Source: Albugo candida
Taxonomy: Eukaryota
Assembly: GCA_040437565.1 (NCBI GenBank)
Contig: JBDOQK010000009.1
Span: forward strand, 62,001 to 126,000
Length of the DNA: 64,000 nucleotides
Direction: 5' to 3'
The translations under genes and the position numbers were made by a program. Positions 61,088-64,000 of the stretch are shown here, piece after piece; the stretch's first letter is position 1, and each line of letters begins with the position of its first letter. The notes under the pieces were generated by a model that ran no database searches, was not told the origin of the DNA, and was given only the letters and a program-made list of their open reading frames with translations.

Positions 61088-63415
61088 TTCTATCGCTTAA
61101 TTCTCGTTGTGTGTTGCAAGTTACTTTTTACAAAATGAAAGCAATTTCACAAAATCTCAGCGAATTTCCTTTCTCGTTGTAAATTTTCAGAGGAAACAAA
61201 GACTGCCACACACTCTCAGAGAGCGGACCTTTTCGCAACAAGGACACAGTTCCGGAAATGCGTCCGTGAGCGAGTTTTTGAATAATGTGGTTTGGTTTCG
61301 GACAAGTTTTGTAGCCAATAGTACAAATAAGTTCGAAGAAAAGAAATCTTTCTCACGGAGAAAAAATGTCAACGTGATAAAATATTAGGGAAATATTCGC
61401 CGCTGTCGCCTTCATTGCACACTGTTTTTGGTGTTTGGTTCATGTAGTAAAAACTTCAAAAGGACTGATCGAATGTTTTCAAAGTGGCGCTTTGGAAACG
61501 TGTTGATATGAGAGTTTGTGGGGGCTGATCAATTACTTTTTGATGCACGATCTGACGGTTTCAGTTGCATGTTGCAAGTCTTTGGTAATTTTTTAATCAG
61601 GAAATTTTGGATGCGTGTTATGGCGATTCAGTTTTTTAACCAATCAATGTTAGCAGATTTATTTAAGCAGCTTGTGAACAAAAGATATGTTCGCGAGATC
61701 CAGGCATTGATAACTAAGAAGACAAAGTTGCATATTGCTACTGCTAGCGTCATAACTTCCGTACTTATGACGTCTTACCTAGCGTTATATTGTGATTTTC
61801 TGTTTACGATATCGATTGAGAAAAGTATGTGACCTTAAGGGTTCAAACTCGTTGTGTCTCGTATAACCCAATCGCAGACATTGTAAAAAGGATAATCCTG
61901 CATAGTAATTTCTCAGCAATTGCTTTCATGATTGATGTATCTAGTGTGAACAAAGCGATGTTGTTTCCCTTACACCTCCACTGTTTGCTTGTATTAGATA
62001 GGGTTTCTCTTCTACTAATCGAACTGATGTACACATGCGACAGTCGAATTGTATTTGCAGCCAGGGACTAGTTGCAAGTTGAAATTTCACTATGAGCAGT
62101 CATTAAAGCAAAACATTCGACTTCTTTTGTGTGCATAGTCGATTCGGACTTTACAGGAGCTCGCTGAGACACTACACCGCTAGGATTCTGATGCTGTTAA
62201 AACCGTACATTCAGTTAAATGGTCACAGAATGTCTTAATTTGGCTTTTCAAGTCTTGCAGGTGGGACGTGATTGGATATAATCTTGCACAGTATCAGGAA
62301 GCGATTATTTGAGCAGCAAACTTCACGTTATTTCCGCATCAATACTAAGGGAATTTGAACTCATGACCCTGAGTCGCATCTATTCCAGGCACGCCAGCTA
62401 TCAGATCTCAAGCACACATCAAATATGATGGTTTCTATCGGGTCGACATGACACAGTTTGATTTATTTCTGGTAAGTGGTTTTCCTTAGAATTTGCTTCT
62501 CGCTCTGTATCGCGCGACATTTTTGAGATTGAAATCGATTTTCATTTGGGTGGTCGTCTAAATAGAAGTAAATCGATGAACAGAAATGATCTTATTTATA
62601 AGCCATGCGGATGTTGGTGCGCTGGCCAGATCCAAATGAACTTGGCTGTGCATGTAGTGCCGGACTTTTCACGTGAAGTCGTGGTATGGCAACTGCATGA
62701 AGCTTACGAAAGATCTCGGGCATCTATTTGCAGTATTCTACTCAAAACTCACGTTTAAATGGACCGATCGACATATCGAGGTAGTTTGTCGTTTTTTCGT
62801 GGATTTCTTCACTCAATGCGACAATATCCTTATTCTAGACACTTCACTTTTGCTTGTGGCCTAAATGTGTTCAGCAAGGAACCCAATCTCAGCACATCTA
62901 GATCGCTCGCAGTTGTACATCCGAAGCATCGATGTTTCTGTTAACACCAAGCTTATCGTTACAATCAGGACAATCTTAACAGCAATCACACGCAACAAAC
63001 GGCAGTCTTAACAACGATAGGAAGCCAAGTACGCACGTGTACTGTAAAATTGCAGCTGACGATTCTTTTATAAACCATTCGATTCAAACTGTAAGAATAT
63101 TTCGCATAAAATCACGATCACGTATGTCGTTCGAAAAAGCGATAAGCGCAATATAGAAGACCCGTCAGGATACCTGACAACCTGAGTCTTTATTTCCTAC
63201 GCATCGGTCAAGATCCGATTATAGGCAAACCGGTGCATTCTATCGATTCTTGTAGTGCCAAACCTTCAACAGCTTCATTATTATATATTACGGTTATGGG
63301 CGTAATGTGCAGATAACTAAATGCAAAACAAGTAACCTCGTGGCAGTCTTTAAACATTATTTACCTAAAACGCTTATATACCCTTCAGCTTGCAATAAAA
63401 CGGTGAAGTTCATAC

Positions 63416-63946
63416 TCACACTTCAGCATGATCAATTTCTATATCTTCGGGGCAAGCCACAGTCATAGCCTCGTCGCTCGTTCTCCGCTTGAGATTTACA
63501 AACGACTCCTTCTTATAAAGCTTTGGTAATGTTGTATGTTTCTTTAGTGTCGTGGTTGCTTGTGATGAAGCCGAATGTATGTAGTCGGCCGCTTTGGAAG
63601 CGCATAATGTCGCCTTTTGCCTCATATCTTTAATCGATGAAATGGGTAAATCTCGTGATAGAAAAGGAACATTGCGTGGTTTCCAATTTCTAGATTGCGA
63701 TTGAACTCGGAATCTGCTGAGATCCGCAACCGATGTTCTGAGAGTATCGTGCATGCTTTTGACACTAAATCGACTAGGAAGAGATGAAGCTTTGCTCCAT
63801 CGATTTGATTCCCCATTGTAATCTTCATCATCGCTTGAAAAATCACCTTCTAGATTCGCACCAACAGAAGACGCATCGCTCTTTGTGTGACTATTTGTTC
63901 TGCTGTTACAGCCGTTTTCCTGCTCCGTGATATCGCATTCTTCCAT
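63416..63946 (-). CDS. Hypothetical protein (176 aa; may extend 5' beyond the window)
   Basis: Open ATG-initiated ORF, Ser/acidic-rich; no domain recognised. Confidence 0.55.
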   Translation of the reverse strand: MEECDITEQENGCNSRTNSHTKSDASSVGANLEGDFSSDDEDYNGESNRWSKASSLPSRFSVKSMHDTLRTSVADLSRFRVQSQSRNWKPRNVPFLSRDLPISSIKDMRQKATLCASKAADYIHSASSQATTTLKKHTTLPKLYKKESFVNLKRRTSDEAMTVACPEDIEIDHAEV

Positions 63947-64000
63947 GTTATTAGACGAGCTCTCTGGAAAGTAAGTGGTAGATAATGAACTTGATGTATC

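Noticed and set aside
62345-62420. Possible tRNA on the minus strand (ggtcatgagttcaaattccc, B-box-like)
   Set aside because: I could not fold a convincing acceptor stem or D-arm; at most a decayed tRNA/SINE relic. tRNAscan-SE would decide.

Overview
Eukaryotic window from a scaffold with 14 runs of 100 N. Short GT-AG introns, an oomycete-type initiator motif, a flagellar dynein WDR34 gene and compact gene spacing suggest an oomycete, plausibly Albugo-like (inference). The window alternates between dense housekeeping blocks and gene-sparse duplicated blocks. Housekeeping genes: RFT1, RPC11 (two paralogs), ELP6, a ROD/KNTC1 kinetochore gene, a C2HC-finger coiled-coil gene, a ZIP transporter, WDR34, an AN1 zinc finger, a PH-kinase, an unusual tail-anchored Hsp70-like gene and a WRKY19-like Cys/His-repeat gene. 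Block 1 (~0.3-22.8 kb) is a four-copy tandem array of ~6-7 kb units. Each unit holds a decayed Cys-patterned ORF and an RFT1 3' segment (dead in units 1-3, intact RFT1 closes unit 4); units 1-3 also carry one intact, fast-diverging small secreted-protein gene (family 1). Block 2 (~35-48 kb) is bracketed by an inverted duplication of a ZIP/WDR34 segment and holds a second secreted-protein family (two intact genes, one pseudogene), again duplicated with a fragment of a neighbouring gene. These two candidate effector families, which lack canonical RxLR-dEER or CHxC motifs, are the most interesting signal. A tRNA-like (B-box) insertion with a 17-bp target-site duplication is also present. Most near-identical repeats flanking N-gaps are assembly overlaps.
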